Source of the DNA: Dehalococcoidia bacterium
GTDB taxonomy: Bacteria; Chloroflexota; Dehalococcoidia; Bin125
Reading direction: 5' to 3'
DNA: 64,000 nt
Assembly (NCBI GenBank): GCA_965261715.1
Contig: OZ253471.1
Location: 1,162,861 to 1,226,860 of the forward strand
Each line of letters starts with the position of its first letter. The stretch's first letter is position 1. The notes under the pieces are model-generated. The model saw nothing but the letters and a program-made list of their open reading frames with translations, was not told where the DNA came from and searched no databases. Positions 53,751 to 63,205 of this stretch are shown here, in pieces. The position numbers and the translations under genes were made by a program.

Positions 53751-53771
53751 GTATCCAGGGAATACTTGCAC

Positions 53772-54581
53772 ATGACAGAATCGGTCGACCAGCTTCCTGA
53801 CCAGCATCAGGAATCGATCGAGCGGGCGGCCGCGTTACTTGCTCAGTCGCACTACTGCATCGCGCTGACCGGCGCCGGCATTTCTGCAGAGTCCGGCATC
53901 CCCACCTTCCGCGGCAAGGACGGCCTCTGGACCAAACATGGAGAGCCGCCGCTCAACCAGTACGACCAGTTCTCGGCCGATCCGGCCGAATGGTGGCAGA
54001 ACGTCGCGGATCGTCGCCGCAATCCGGACGAACTCACGGCCACGATCGCTAGTGCGCAGCCCAACGACGCTCACTACGCCATGGCCGAGCTCGAACGCAT
54101 CGGCATTCTCAAACACATCATCACTCAGAACGTCGATGGCCTACACCGCGCCGCCGGCGCACAGAGCCTGACCGAGATTCACGGATGCACCACGCTACTG
54201 AGGTGCATCAACTGCAACACGAGAGCGCCGTTCGACGAAATTCCTGAGATCTTTCCGCCCCGCTGCGACAAGTGTGGCGGCATCGTCAAGACCGACACTG
54301 TCATGTTCGGCGAACCAATTCCGCCCGACTGCTTGCAGCGCTGCTATGAAGAGTCGGCCAGGGCAGACTGTGTCATCCTCGTCGGCACGACCGCCGTCGT
54401 CTCGCCTGCGGCCGACTTCGCCTTTGCTATTGGCCAACGTGGACACCCGATGATCGAAGTCAACCTCGATCCCACCATCATCTCGCAGTATTGTTCCGTT
54501 GCCATACACGACAAGGCCGGCGAGTTGATGTCGCGGATCACTGCCGAGGTCAAGACCATCCTCGCCGACCAATCGCCCTGA
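53772..54581 (+). CDS. cobB: Sirtuin NAD-dependent protein deacylase
   Basis: GAGISAESGIPTFRG, TQNVDGLH, EIHG, CINC/CDKC, VMFGE. Confidence 0.92.
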   Translation: MTESVDQLPDQHQESIERAAALLAQSHYCIALTGAGISAESGIPTFRGKDGLWTKHGEPPLNQYDQFSADPAEWWQNVADRRRNPDELTATIASAQPNDAHYAMAELERIGILKHIITQNVDGLHRAAGAQSLTEIHGCTTLLRCINCNTRAPFDEIPEIFPPRCDKCGGIVKTDTVMFGEPIPPDCLQRCYEESARADCVILVGTTAVVSPAADFAFAIGQRGHPMIEVNLDPTIISQYCSVAIHDKAGELMSRITAEVKTILADQSP

Positions 54582-54617
54582 CGCCGCCCTGACACCGCCC
54601 TGACACCGCCCTGACGC
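54574..54617 (+). repeat. Four 11-bp tandem repeats CGCCCTGACRC
   Basis: Read directly; overlaps the cobB stop and the -35 region of the next gene. Confidence 0.9.
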
Positions 54618-54644
54618 TGCATCGTCGATGCCTATACTCGCCCT

Positions 54645-55970
54645 ATGACTACGACACCCCAACTAGGCGTCAACTGGGACGACGTGACGGCTGAGATCAC
54701 GTCGGTTCTGCGCGACTACCTCCGCATCAACACGTCCAATCCGCCAGGCAACGAACAGGCCGCCGCCGAGTTCCTCGCGACCCACCTGGAAGCCGAAGGC
54801 TACGAATGCGAATACGTCGAGGCCGGCCCCGGCCGAGTCTCGATGCGAACACGACTTAACGGCTCAGGTGAAGAGCGTCCCTTGATGCTCCTTAACCACA
54901 CCGATGTCGTCCCTGTGCAGACCGAGTTCTGGGACGTCGACCCGTTCGCCGCCGTCGAGCAGGACGGCATGCTCTGGGGGCGTGGCGCGCTTGACATGAA
55001 GGGCATGGGCACGCTCGAGTTGCTCGTCATGCTGCTCTTCAAACGCCTGAATCTGACGCCCAACCGAGACATCATTTTCTTGGCCGTGGCCGATGAAGAA
55101 GCCGGCTCCGCCTACGGCATGGAGTGGCTCGACCAGAACGAGCAAGGCTGGATCACCGAGCCCGAGTTCGCGCTCAACGAGGGCGGCATGGGCGCCCTCA
55201 ATCTGCTGGGCTCCAATCGGCCCGTGTTCGCCTGCTCGCCCTCCGAAAAGTCACCGCTGTGGCTCAAGCTTCGAGCCGAGGGGCAACCCGGACACGGCTC
55301 AACCCCGCACAGCGACAACGCCGTCGAACGCCTCGTCCGCGCCCTCTTCGCAATCCAAAACTGGGACCGAGCCGTCACTGTCCAGCCGCACACCGCTGAA
55401 GCAATCCAACGGATGCGCGACGCCAACGCCTGGGCCGGTTCGGCCCCAAGCCTCAACAAGCTCTGTCAAACCTACCCCGCCTTCGCCGCCGTCACCCGCG
55501 ACACCATCTCCAACACCGGCGCGACGAGCGGCATCAAGCACAACGTAATCCCCGCCGACGCCGAAGCCACACTCGATTGCCGCCTGCTGCCCGGCGAGTC
55601 GTACGACGACTTCATCAAGAACATGCGCAATGTGATCGACGACGAAAAAGTCGAAGTCGAAGTCGTCTTCGGCAGCATGGGACCGTCGAGCAGCTTCGAG
55701 ACCGAAATGGTCAGCGTGATCGAGGACGTAGTGCGTGAGCAGGTCGAAGGCGCGTTGATCATCCCGTCAACTTGCGTCGGCTTCACCGACTCCCGCGTCC
55801 TGCGACGCCATGGTGTCCATTCCTACGGATTCGTCCCAACACTCATGGACGCCTCGCTCGCTGCAGGAGTTCACGGCCACAACGAGCGCACCCCAATCGA
55901 AGGACTCAACACGGGCATCCAGATCCTCTTCGAGGTTGTTCGCCGATTCACCAACGCCCAGCGACTGTAA
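54645..55970 (+). CDS. M20/M25/M40 family metallo-hydrolase
   Basis: HTDVV, GRGALDMK, DEEAG, NEGG, HGHNE. Confidence 0.93.
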   Translation: MTTTPQLGVNWDDVTAEITSVLRDYLRINTSNPPGNEQAAAEFLATHLEAEGYECEYVEAGPGRVSMRTRLNGSGEERPLMLLNHTDVVPVQTEFWDVDPFAAVEQDGMLWGRGALDMKGMGTLELLVMLLFKRLNLTPNRDIIFLAVADEEAGSAYGMEWLDQNEQGWITEPEFALNEGGMGALNLLGSNRPVFACSPSEKSPLWLKLRAEGQPGHGSTPHSDNAVERLVRALFAIQNWDRAVTVQPHTAEAIQRMRDANAWAGSAPSLNKLCQTYPAFAAVTRDTISNTGATSGIKHNVIPADAEATLDCRLLPGESYDDFIKNMRNVIDDEKVEVEVVFGSMGPSSSFETEMVSVIEDVVREQVEGALIIPSTCVGFTDSRVLRRHGVHSYGFVPTLMDASLAAGVHGHNERTPIEGLNTGIQILFEVVRRFTNAQRL

Positions 55971-56015
55971 TCTCTCAAGCAATTTGTTCTGAGCCAACCA
56001 GCAGGGAGCCGATCC

Positions 56016-56828
56016 GTGCGACATCCGCAACTTGACGGTCAGTGGGCATTGATTCTGGGCGCGTCCTCCGGCTTCGGCGGCGCCTGTGCTGTCGCCCTGG
56101 CCGAGGCAGGCATGAACATCGCCGGCGTCCACCTCGACCGCCGCTCAACGATGGCGAACGTCGACCGAATCGTCAGCCAGATCGAGGGACACGGACGACA
56201 GGCGTCTTTCCACAACATGAACGCCGCCGACGCCGGCAAGCGCGCCGAGATGCTGGACAGGTTGCGCGAGCAGATGGATCGACATGACGGTCCCAAGTCA
56301 GTCCGGATCCTGTTGCATTCGCTCGCCTTCGGAACGCTCGGACCGTACATCGGTGAGAAAGAAGATCGGCCGATCTCACAGAGGCAAATGGAGATGACCC
56401 TCGACGTGATGGCCAACTCGGTCGTCTACTGGGCCCAGGACATGGTCAGCCGCGGCCTCCTCGGCCAGGGTGGCAAAATCTACGGCATGACCTCAGGTGG
56501 CGACATGCGAGTGATCCCGCAGTACGGCGCCGTCTCTGCGGCCAAAGCTGCACTCGCGGCCCACCTGCGGCAACTCGCCGTCGAACTCGCGCCCCGAGGA
56601 ATCTCCGCCAACGCGATCAAAGCCGGCATCACTCACACGCCCGCGCTCGAGAAAATCCCAGCCGGCATGCAGCTGCTCGACTTCGCTCTCAACCACAACC
56701 CCTCAGGCCGAGTCACCGAGCCGGCAGACATCGCCCGAGCCATCATCGGCCTCAGCCTCGACGATTCAAACTGGGTCACCGGGAACACAATCAACGTCGA
56801 CGGAGGCGAAGACATTACCGTGCTCTAG
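56016..56828 (+). CDS. SDR oxidoreductase, enoyl-ACP reductase (FabL)-like
   Basis: GASSGFG, Y-x6-K (YGAVSAAK), VTGNTINVDGG. Confidence 0.82.
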   Translation: MRHPQLDGQWALILGASSGFGGACAVALAEAGMNIAGVHLDRRSTMANVDRIVSQIEGHGRQASFHNMNAADAGKRAEMLDRLREQMDRHDGPKSVRILLHSLAFGTLGPYIGEKEDRPISQRQMEMTLDVMANSVVYWAQDMVSRGLLGQGGKIYGMTSGGDMRVIPQYGAVSAAKAALAAHLRQLAVELAPRGISANAIKAGITHTPALEKIPAGMQLLDFALNHNPSGRVTEPADIARAIIGLSLDDSNWVTGNTINVDGGEDITVL

Positions 56829-56837
56829 CGCGATAGA

Positions 56838-57059
56838 ATGTGGGAGCAAATAGTTGCAACCTGGGGATGTGATATGCGTTGGAGCAGGCGAACCAATAGG
56901 GCTGAAACTGCGCTGAAGAAGCGCCCCGATGACCCTGATCCGGCGACTGCAACCGAAGAAGATCTCCTTGAGTATGGGAACGAGCTGATCGAATACCTGG
57001 AGAGTCGCTACCCGCTTCGTCGAAACGCCGAAGGAAGCGAAATCGTCCGCCGACTCTAG
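56838..57059 (+). CDS. Small hypothetical protein (start uncertain)
   Basis: 73 aa ORF with no recognised motif. Confidence 0.35.
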   Translation: MWEQIVATWGCDMRWSRRTNRAETALKKRPDDPDPATATEEDLLEYGNELIEYLESRYPLRRNAEGSEIVRRL

Positions 57060-57072
57060 ACACAATTGCGGC

Positions 57073-57594
57073 CTACCACGGCGCGCTCGAAATAATCGCG
57101 GCAACAGAGACGACACCGGCATTCAGCGTGGCCAATCTGATGGCCCATCGAGTCCACCGCTCTTTGGCTGCGATTCTGCTGACGTTCTCATAGTAGGCGC
57201 GCACAATGGCATTTCCCGACATGTACCACTGGATGCCTACATCGCGCCCGACGAGCATCTGGACGTCGCGAAGATCCGGTCTGATTGACCAGTTCCAGAC
57301 ATTCAAGGCTTGATAGGCGCACAAAGAACTGACGAAGAAGACAATCAGGACCACAACCGCAAACGACCACAGCAGGATCGGAAGATCCCCGCCCCTCAAC
57401 GCGACCGCCGCGCCGAAAATGGCCACGATGACGGCATTCAAACTCGATGCTGCTGTGACCCTTCGATCCAGTTCAGCAACACGACCGAATTGCTCGTCCA
57501 ATCGCCAACGGGCGATGTCGTAAAGTGCGCGAGACCGTTCTGAAAACGTCGATTCGAAGTCAGGTGTGGCATCAGAATTGGTTCCATTGGGCAC
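57073..57594 (-). CDS. Three-TM hypothetical protein, PycTM/DUF5706-like pattern
   Basis: LDRR before TM1, second TM, then NVSRIAAK.RW before TM3. Confidence 0.6.
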   Translation of the reverse strand: MPNGTNSDATPDFESTFSERSRALYDIARWRLDEQFGRVAELDRRVTAASSLNAVIVAIFGAAVALRGGDLPILLWSFAVVVLIVFFVSSLCAYQALNVWNWSIRPDLRDVQMLVGRDVGIQWYMSGNAIVRAYYENVSRIAAKERWTRWAIRLATLNAGVVSVAAIISSAPW

Positions 57595-57663
57595 GTCTTC
57601 ATCTTCTCACAGAACCCCACAAGGCCGCTGCTAAACTGACCCCGCATCAGCGAGGAGTTTCAC

Positions 57664-58854
57664 ATGAGCGATCCGATCAGGGGACAAACAGCAATCTGCG
57701 GCCTGGGCATCACCGAAATGGGCAAGGTCTACGGACACGATGCGTCGTGGTTCGCCGGCGAAGCGATCAAGCTCGCGATGGAAGACGCCGGCCTACAGAA
57801 GGACCAACTCGACGGACTCCTGGTTAACCCGGGCATCACCGGAATGATGGGCACCGGCATTGGTATCCCCTTGCAGGGATACCTCGGGCTGCGCAACCTC
57901 CGACTCCTCAACCACATGAATTCGTACGGCGCGACCGCGTCGGCGATGGTCCAGTACGCCGCCATGGCCGTCCATCACGGCATGGCCAACTACGTCGCCT
58001 GTGTCTTCTCCGACGCTCCCCTGCAGCAGGGCGGCTCCGCCGGCGCAGCCTACGGCGGCGCGGGACGACGCGGTCCCAGCGGCATGGCCTCGTTAATGCC
58101 CGCCTTCGGCTTCTACGGAGCCAACACCTCATACGCGCTTGCCGCACGCCGATACATGGAGCGCTACGGCATCACCAACAACGACCTCGGCCGCGTCTCC
58201 GTCACGCAACGCCGCTACGCCGTCGACAACCCGCACGCGACCATGCGCCAGCCGTTGACGCTCGAGGATTACCACAACTCGCGCTGGATCGTCGACCCCT
58301 TCCACCTGCTCGATTGCTGCCTCGTCTCCAATGGCGCAGTCTGCACGATCGTCACAACTGCCGACCGGGCACGAGACCTCCAGTCCTCCCCCGCCTACGT
58401 CTGGGGCATGGGCCAGGGACACCCCGGCAACTTCCCTCACGCCGAGGTTGAGACAGGCACCACCTCCGGCGCCGTCATCGCCGGCGAGACCGCATACAAG
58501 ATGGCCGGACTCGGACCCGAGGATGTCGACATCTGCGAGTTCTACGACTGCTACACCTACACCGTGCTTCGCACGATCGAGGATTACGGACTCGCCAAGC
58601 CCGGCGAAGCTATCGGCCTCTACCCCGAGGACCCGGCCGACCCCGAGGCTGAACTGCCCCTGATCAACACCGGCGGCGGACAGCTCTCCTCCTACTACAT
58701 GTGGGGCATGACACCAGTCTCCGAAGCCGTCATCCAGGCTCGCGGCTCCGGCGGCGATCGCCAGGTCGAGAAGAACGACATCGTCCTCTGTTCTGGCAAC
58801 GGCGGCACGCTCGACACGCACGGCACGCTGATTCTCTCGCCCAACGCCAACTAG
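57664..58854 (+). CDS. SCP2/Ltp2-type thiolase-fold protein
   Basis: LLDCC..SNGA, FYDCYT, NTGGGQLSSYY; GAGGAG RBS. Confidence 0.88.
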   Translation: MSDPIRGQTAICGLGITEMGKVYGHDASWFAGEAIKLAMEDAGLQKDQLDGLLVNPGITGMMGTGIGIPLQGYLGLRNLRLLNHMNSYGATASAMVQYAAMAVHHGMANYVACVFSDAPLQQGGSAGAAYGGAGRRGPSGMASLMPAFGFYGANTSYALAARRYMERYGITNNDLGRVSVTQRRYAVDNPHATMRQPLTLEDYHNSRWIVDPFHLLDCCLVSNGAVCTIVTTADRARDLQSSPAYVWGMGQGHPGNFPHAEVETGTTSGAVIAGETAYKMAGLGPEDVDICEFYDCYTYTVLRTIEDYGLAKPGEAIGLYPEDPADPEAELPLINTGGGQLSSYYMWGMTPVSEAVIQARGSGGDRQVEKNDIVLCSGNGGTLDTHGTLILSPNAN

Positions 58855-58891
58855 CCCAATCCACTAATCATCAGGAACGACACCAACGCCA

Positions 58892-59296
58892 ATGGCCTAC
58901 GAAAAGCCGCTCCCGAACCCCGACGAGAACACGCAACCCTTCTTCGACGCACTCAAGGAGCACAAGCTCCTGCTGCAGTACTTCCCGTCGGCCGACCACT
59001 TCCAATATCCGTACAGCGACCGCTGCTACAAGGATTGGTCGACCGATTGGGAATGGCGCGAGTCCGCCGGCAATGGCGAGATCTACACCTGGGTGCGCAT
59101 GCACCAGCTCTATCACCCGTCATGGAAGGAAGAAATTCCCTACACGCTCGCCGTCGTCCAACTCGACGAGGGTCCGCGAATGCACACGAATCTCATCAAT
59201 GTCGACCCTGAGCAGGTCCGTGTCGGCATGCGCGTCAAAGTCACGTTTGATGATGTCACCGATGAGTTCACGCTGCCCAAGTTTGAACCCGTCTAG
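58892..59296 (+). CDS. DUF35 OB-fold protein
   Basis: PFF, G.GEIYTW, PYTLAVVQLDEGPRM..N, VGMRVKVTF, LPKF. Confidence 0.9.
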   Translation: MAYEKPLPNPDENTQPFFDALKEHKLLLQYFPSADHFQYPYSDRCYKDWSTDWEWRESAGNGEIYTWVRMHQLYHPSWKEEIPYTLAVVQLDEGPRMHTNLINVDPEQVRVGMRVKVTFDDVTDEFTLPKFEPV

Positions 59297-59375
59297 TGCC
59301 TGTGACGTTCCCCAACAGGCGCGATCGGTTTTCTCTACCTTTGCGATAACCGGTTCAGCAGAAGGGAACGCCATC

Positions 59376-59891
59376 ATGGCCGAGAGTCCACAAGTAAGCG
59401 GTCGATCAGTCCCTGGACTTGATTCGATCATCGACAAAATTGCCGAGATCAATGTCGCCCTCCCGATCAGCGTCGTCCTTGTCTTGCATTGGTGCCTCTT
59501 TTGGATCACCAACGGAGCGGACAAGTGGCTCAACGGGGGACACTTCTTCGGAGTCCGCTTCACCAGCGCTCTGGAAAACGACCTACTCCCCGCCATCGGA
59601 GTCAGCGCCTCGCTCGCGGAACCGATGGCGATCGTGGTCGGACTCGCCGAGTTCGGAATCGGCATTCTCTTCGCCGTCACCTTCGCGCTCTTCATATGCA
59701 AGCATCGTCAACGCTTCAACATGGCGCTGCTCTCGATTAACCTGAGCGTGCTCAACTTCCTCGTCCTCTCGTTTGGCGCTGTCATCTTCGGCGCGCGAGC
59801 TGCACTCAACAACAACGGCATCTTCATTGCCGCGCTCCTCCTGAGTTGGATCATCATCAACCACCTCCGACGACAAGCAGAAGACGCCTGA
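59376..59891 (+). CDS. Four-TM membrane protein (DoxX-like)
   Basis: NGADK, AE..IG, four hydrophobic segments; start moved to ATG 59376. Confidence 0.65.
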   Translation: MAESPQVSGRSVPGLDSIIDKIAEINVALPISVVLVLHWCLFWITNGADKWLNGGHFFGVRFTSALENDLLPAIGVSASLAEPMAIVVGLAEFGIGILFAVTFALFICKHRQRFNMALLSINLSVLNFLVLSFGAVIFGARAALNNNGIFIAALLLSWIIINHLRRQAEDA

Positions 59892-59901
59892 TTGACCACG
59901 T

Positions 59902-61164
59902 ATGGGTTTATCGAACAGCAACGCCGACGCCAAACCGCCGCTTGACGGCATTCGCGTCGTCGACTTCACCTGGATTGTCGCTGGACCCACCTGCACCAGA
60001 CTGCTCGGCGATCTCGGCGCGGAGGTGATCCGCGTCGAGAACGAGCAGACTCTCGATTCGATCCGCTTCGGCCGTCCCCATCCAAACGGATTCAATCCGC
60101 CCGACTCGGGCGCGATGTTCAACTGGCTCGACCGCAACAAGCGCTCGATTACCGTCAACGCCCGCCATCCAGATGGACTCGACCTGATCAAGCGTCTGAT
60201 TCGCGTCTCCGATGTCGTGATCGAAAACTACTCCTCCCGGATTCTTGAGAACTGGGGACTCAGCTTCGAGGAACAGCGCGCCGAGAATCCTGAGATCATC
60301 TACGTGTCGCTGTCCGGCTTTGGACACTCCGGTCCTCAGCGCGACTACTCCACCTGGGGACCGACCGCGCAGGCGCTCAGCGGTCTGACCGCGATGTCCG
60401 GGCTTCCCGAGGCTCCCGAACCGGCCGGTTGGGGTTACTCCTACCTCGATCACATGGCCGGCTTCACCGCCGCCGCCGCGATCACCGCAGCGTTGCGACA
60501 CCGACGCGACACCGGTCAAGGCCAATGGATCGATCTCTCCCAGGTCGAAACCGGCATGGCGCTAACCGGACCAGCGACCCTCGATTTCACCGCCAACGGC
60601 CGCAGATACCGCGACACCGGCAACCCGCCCGGCAACCGCTCCGTCTGGCCGCAGGCCGCGCCATACAACACGTACCCCACCGCCGGTGACGACAATTGGA
60701 TCATGATCACCTGCACCTCAGACGCTGAATGGGAAGCCTTCTGCGACACGAGCGACCACCCCCATTGGCGCACCGACAGCCGATTCGCCACCCTCCCCGC
60801 GCGCCTACGACACCAGGATGAACTAGACGAACAGATCGGGTCCTGGACCGCCGGACAAGATGGCCGCGCCCTCATGCAGCGCCTCCAGAATGCCGACGTG
60901 CCCGCCGGAGTCGTGCAAAACGGCGTCGACCTGATCGTCAGCGACCCACAAATGAAGGCCCGAGAGTGGACCGTCACTCGCGACCATCCGGTCATCGGCG
61001 AGCATCTGACCGATGGCCTGCAGATTCGATTCTCACGAACGCCGGCCCACCGTGACCTACCGGGCCCGCCGTTGGGCGAGGCGAACCAGTACGTCTTCAG
61101 CGAGCTGCTCGGTCTCAGCGACGAGCGCATCGCCGAGCTACATACGAACGGCGCAATGGGCTAG
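59902..61164 (+). CDS. Family III (CaiB/BaiF) CoA-transferase
   Basis: VAGP, LGDLGAEVIRVE, RNKRS, DVVIENY, catalytic Asp in YLDHMAG. Confidence 0.93.
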   Translation: MGLSNSNADAKPPLDGIRVVDFTWIVAGPTCTRLLGDLGAEVIRVENEQTLDSIRFGRPHPNGFNPPDSGAMFNWLDRNKRSITVNARHPDGLDLIKRLIRVSDVVIENYSSRILENWGLSFEEQRAENPEIIYVSLSGFGHSGPQRDYSTWGPTAQALSGLTAMSGLPEAPEPAGWGYSYLDHMAGFTAAAAITAALRHRRDTGQGQWIDLSQVETGMALTGPATLDFTANGRRYRDTGNPPGNRSVWPQAAPYNTYPTAGDDNWIMITCTSDAEWEAFCDTSDHPHWRTDSRFATLPARLRHQDELDEQIGSWTAGQDGRALMQRLQNADVPAGVVQNGVDLIVSDPQMKAREWTVTRDHPVIGEHLTDGLQIRFSRTPAHRDLPGPPLGEANQYVFSELLGLSDERIAELHTNGAMG

Positions 61165-61166
61165 CT

Positions 61167-62408
61167 ATGGGACCACTCGACGGCATCACCGTCCTCGACC
61201 TCTCCGATCCCAAGGGCCATTTGGCGGGCAAACTGTTGGCAGGCCTCGGCGCGAATGTGATCAAGGTCGAACCGCCGGACGGTGATGTCGGTCGCAGCTA
61301 CGGGCCGTTCCTCGACGACCAGCCCGGCCATGATCGAAGCCTCTACTGGTGGCATTACGCAGGCGGAAAACGCTCGGTCGCGCTCGATATCTACAGCTCG
61401 GATGGTCTCGAACTCTTTCTGCAGTTAGCAGCCCAGGCCGACGTAGTAATTGAAACGTGGCGGCCGGGACGCAATCGACCGTTCGATCCAGCGGCGCTCT
61501 CTGAGTACTACCCCGAGCTCGTCGTGCTCAGCCTCACTCCCTTCGGACAGACGGGTCCCTGGCGTGACTACGCCTGGTCCGACGGCGTCGGAATCGCCCT
61601 CGGCGGACCGATGGGCAGTTGCGGTTATGACAACATTCCCGGCACGCCGCCGATCAGACCGACCGAGCACCACGCTGGACACATCGCCGGCTATTTCGCT
61701 GCAACTGGCGCCTGCGCTGCGCTCTATGAACGACAACAGAGTGGTCTCGGACAACATCTCGACATCGCCATGCATGAGTGCATGGGATTCACGATCGAAT
61801 CCTCAGCGCCCTGGGCGCTCTACGAGCAGCATCCACTGATCCGCCAGGCGGGTCGTCACGCCGGACCGCAACCGACCGAACCCTGGCAGTACCCCACCGC
61901 CGACGGACGCCTGATTAACATCTTCGGCATGCCCCGCTCAGAAGCGAGTTGGCTCGCGTTGGTCGCATTCATTCAGGAGCACGGCATGGGCGAGAACCTC
62001 TCCGACTTCGAACTCCTCGACGGTCGGAAACGCCAACTCGGGCTACAACAACCGACGGTCGCAATGATGCTCGCCGATATCGCCGAGTTCATCGCTGCCC
62101 ATGAAGCGCAAGAGATATACGCTGGCGCACAGGCAGCCGGCGCGGCGTGGAGCATCATTCGCACGCCGGACGAATGCCTCGACGATGAACACTGGCACGC
62201 GCGCGGGTTCTTTGTCGACGTTGAACACGAGGAACACAACCGCACCGTGACCTTCCCCGGAGCTCCCTACATCCTCAGCGAGACGCCCTGGACGCACGGT
62301 CGCCGAGCGCCGCTGCTCGGTGAGCACACCGCCGAAGTCCTCTGCGGACAACTGGGACTGAGCAAAGACGAACTTGGCGCATTGGTCGCCGCAGGAGTCG
62401 CCCGATGA
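61167..62408 (+). CDS. Family III CoA-transferase, probable non-catalytic partner subunit
   Basis: LGANVIKVEPP.GD, GKRSV, APLLGEH; no Asp at the catalytic position (HAGHIAG). Confidence 0.88.
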   Translation: MGPLDGITVLDLSDPKGHLAGKLLAGLGANVIKVEPPDGDVGRSYGPFLDDQPGHDRSLYWWHYAGGKRSVALDIYSSDGLELFLQLAAQADVVIETWRPGRNRPFDPAALSEYYPELVVLSLTPFGQTGPWRDYAWSDGVGIALGGPMGSCGYDNIPGTPPIRPTEHHAGHIAGYFAATGACAALYERQQSGLGQHLDIAMHECMGFTIESSAPWALYEQHPLIRQAGRHAGPQPTEPWQYPTADGRLINIFGMPRSEASWLALVAFIQEHGMGENLSDFELLDGRKRQLGLQQPTVAMMLADIAEFIAAHEAQEIYAGAQAAGAAWSIIRTPDECLDDEHWHARGFFVDVEHEEHNRTVTFPGAPYILSETPWTHGRRAPLLGEHTAEVLCGQLGLSKDELGALVAAGVAR

Positions 62409-63205
62409 GTCAACAACCGGCCCGCAGGCGTCGCCGACGCCGACCCGCACGTCCCGCCGGAAACTCCGGCGAATCTGAAGTCGGTCGCCGGCCTGAAGGT
62501 GAATCGAACGAGGAATCGAGCGACCGCGGCCGCGGAGGCGGTAAGCGCTCCGGCGCCGCGACCGCCGATCAGCCACAGCGGCGAGCCACAATTTTCGGCA
62601 TGCCCCGCATGTCCGTCGCGCTCCTCGGTGGTCTGCTGGTCGCCATGATCGCGGTCTTCGCGATGCAGCTCATCTTCCCGCCCGATGACGTAGCGCAAGT
62701 CGAGGGCGTGCAGACATTCGCGGACCAGGGCCGACGCCATTTGGGCGAGGGTGAGACCTTCGACAACTACAACTCGTCTCCGCCAACCTCGGGCCCGCAG
62801 CAAGCCGAAGCGCCCGAAGCCGATGTCTACCTGCCCGACGACGAGAACATCCCCCTGCCCGCCGAAATGCTGCCGCTGCTTGAGCGCGGCGGTGTCGTGA
62901 TCTACTACGACCCCAACTCGTACACCGACGCCGAAGACACCAGCGGCCTGCTCGGAGCGATGGATAGCCTGCGCCAGTTCCGCGAGCGGCTCGCGGTCGT
63001 GCCCATCGAGGGATTGGCGGCACAGCATGACGGCGCGACCATCGTGCTCGCCGCCTGGCGCACCCTGCTTCTCGTCGCACAATGGGACGCTGATGGCAAT
63101 GAACAAATCACGGCGTTCCTCCAGAACGCGCCTGACGGCTACTACGACCGCTACCGGCTCGAGCGCGGAGAGCCCACGGTGTCGGCAGGAACCTCGTCCG
63201 AATGA
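62405..63205 (+). CDS. DUF3105-domain membrane protein
   Basis: Basic N-terminus, TM segment, YNSSPPTSGP, LERGGVVIYY, LAAW. Confidence 0.8.
   Translation: MSQQPARRRRRRRPARPAGNSGESEVGRRPEGESNEESSDRGRGGGKRSGAATADQPQRRATIFGMPRMSVALLGGLLVAMIAVFAMQLIFPPDDVAQVEGVQTFADQGRRHLGEGETFDNYNSSPPTSGPQQAEAPEADVYLPDDENIPLPAEMLPLLERGGVVIYYDPNSYTDAEDTSGLLGAMDSLRQFRERLAVVPIEGLAAQHDGATIVLAAWRTLLLVAQWDADGNEQITAFLQNAPDGYYDRYRLERGEPTVSAGTSSE

Noticed and set aside
58701-59375. 396-aa ORF 58701-59891 as one protein
   Set aside because: Its 5' part overlaps the thiolase and DUF35 genes in other frames; the membrane protein probably starts at 59376
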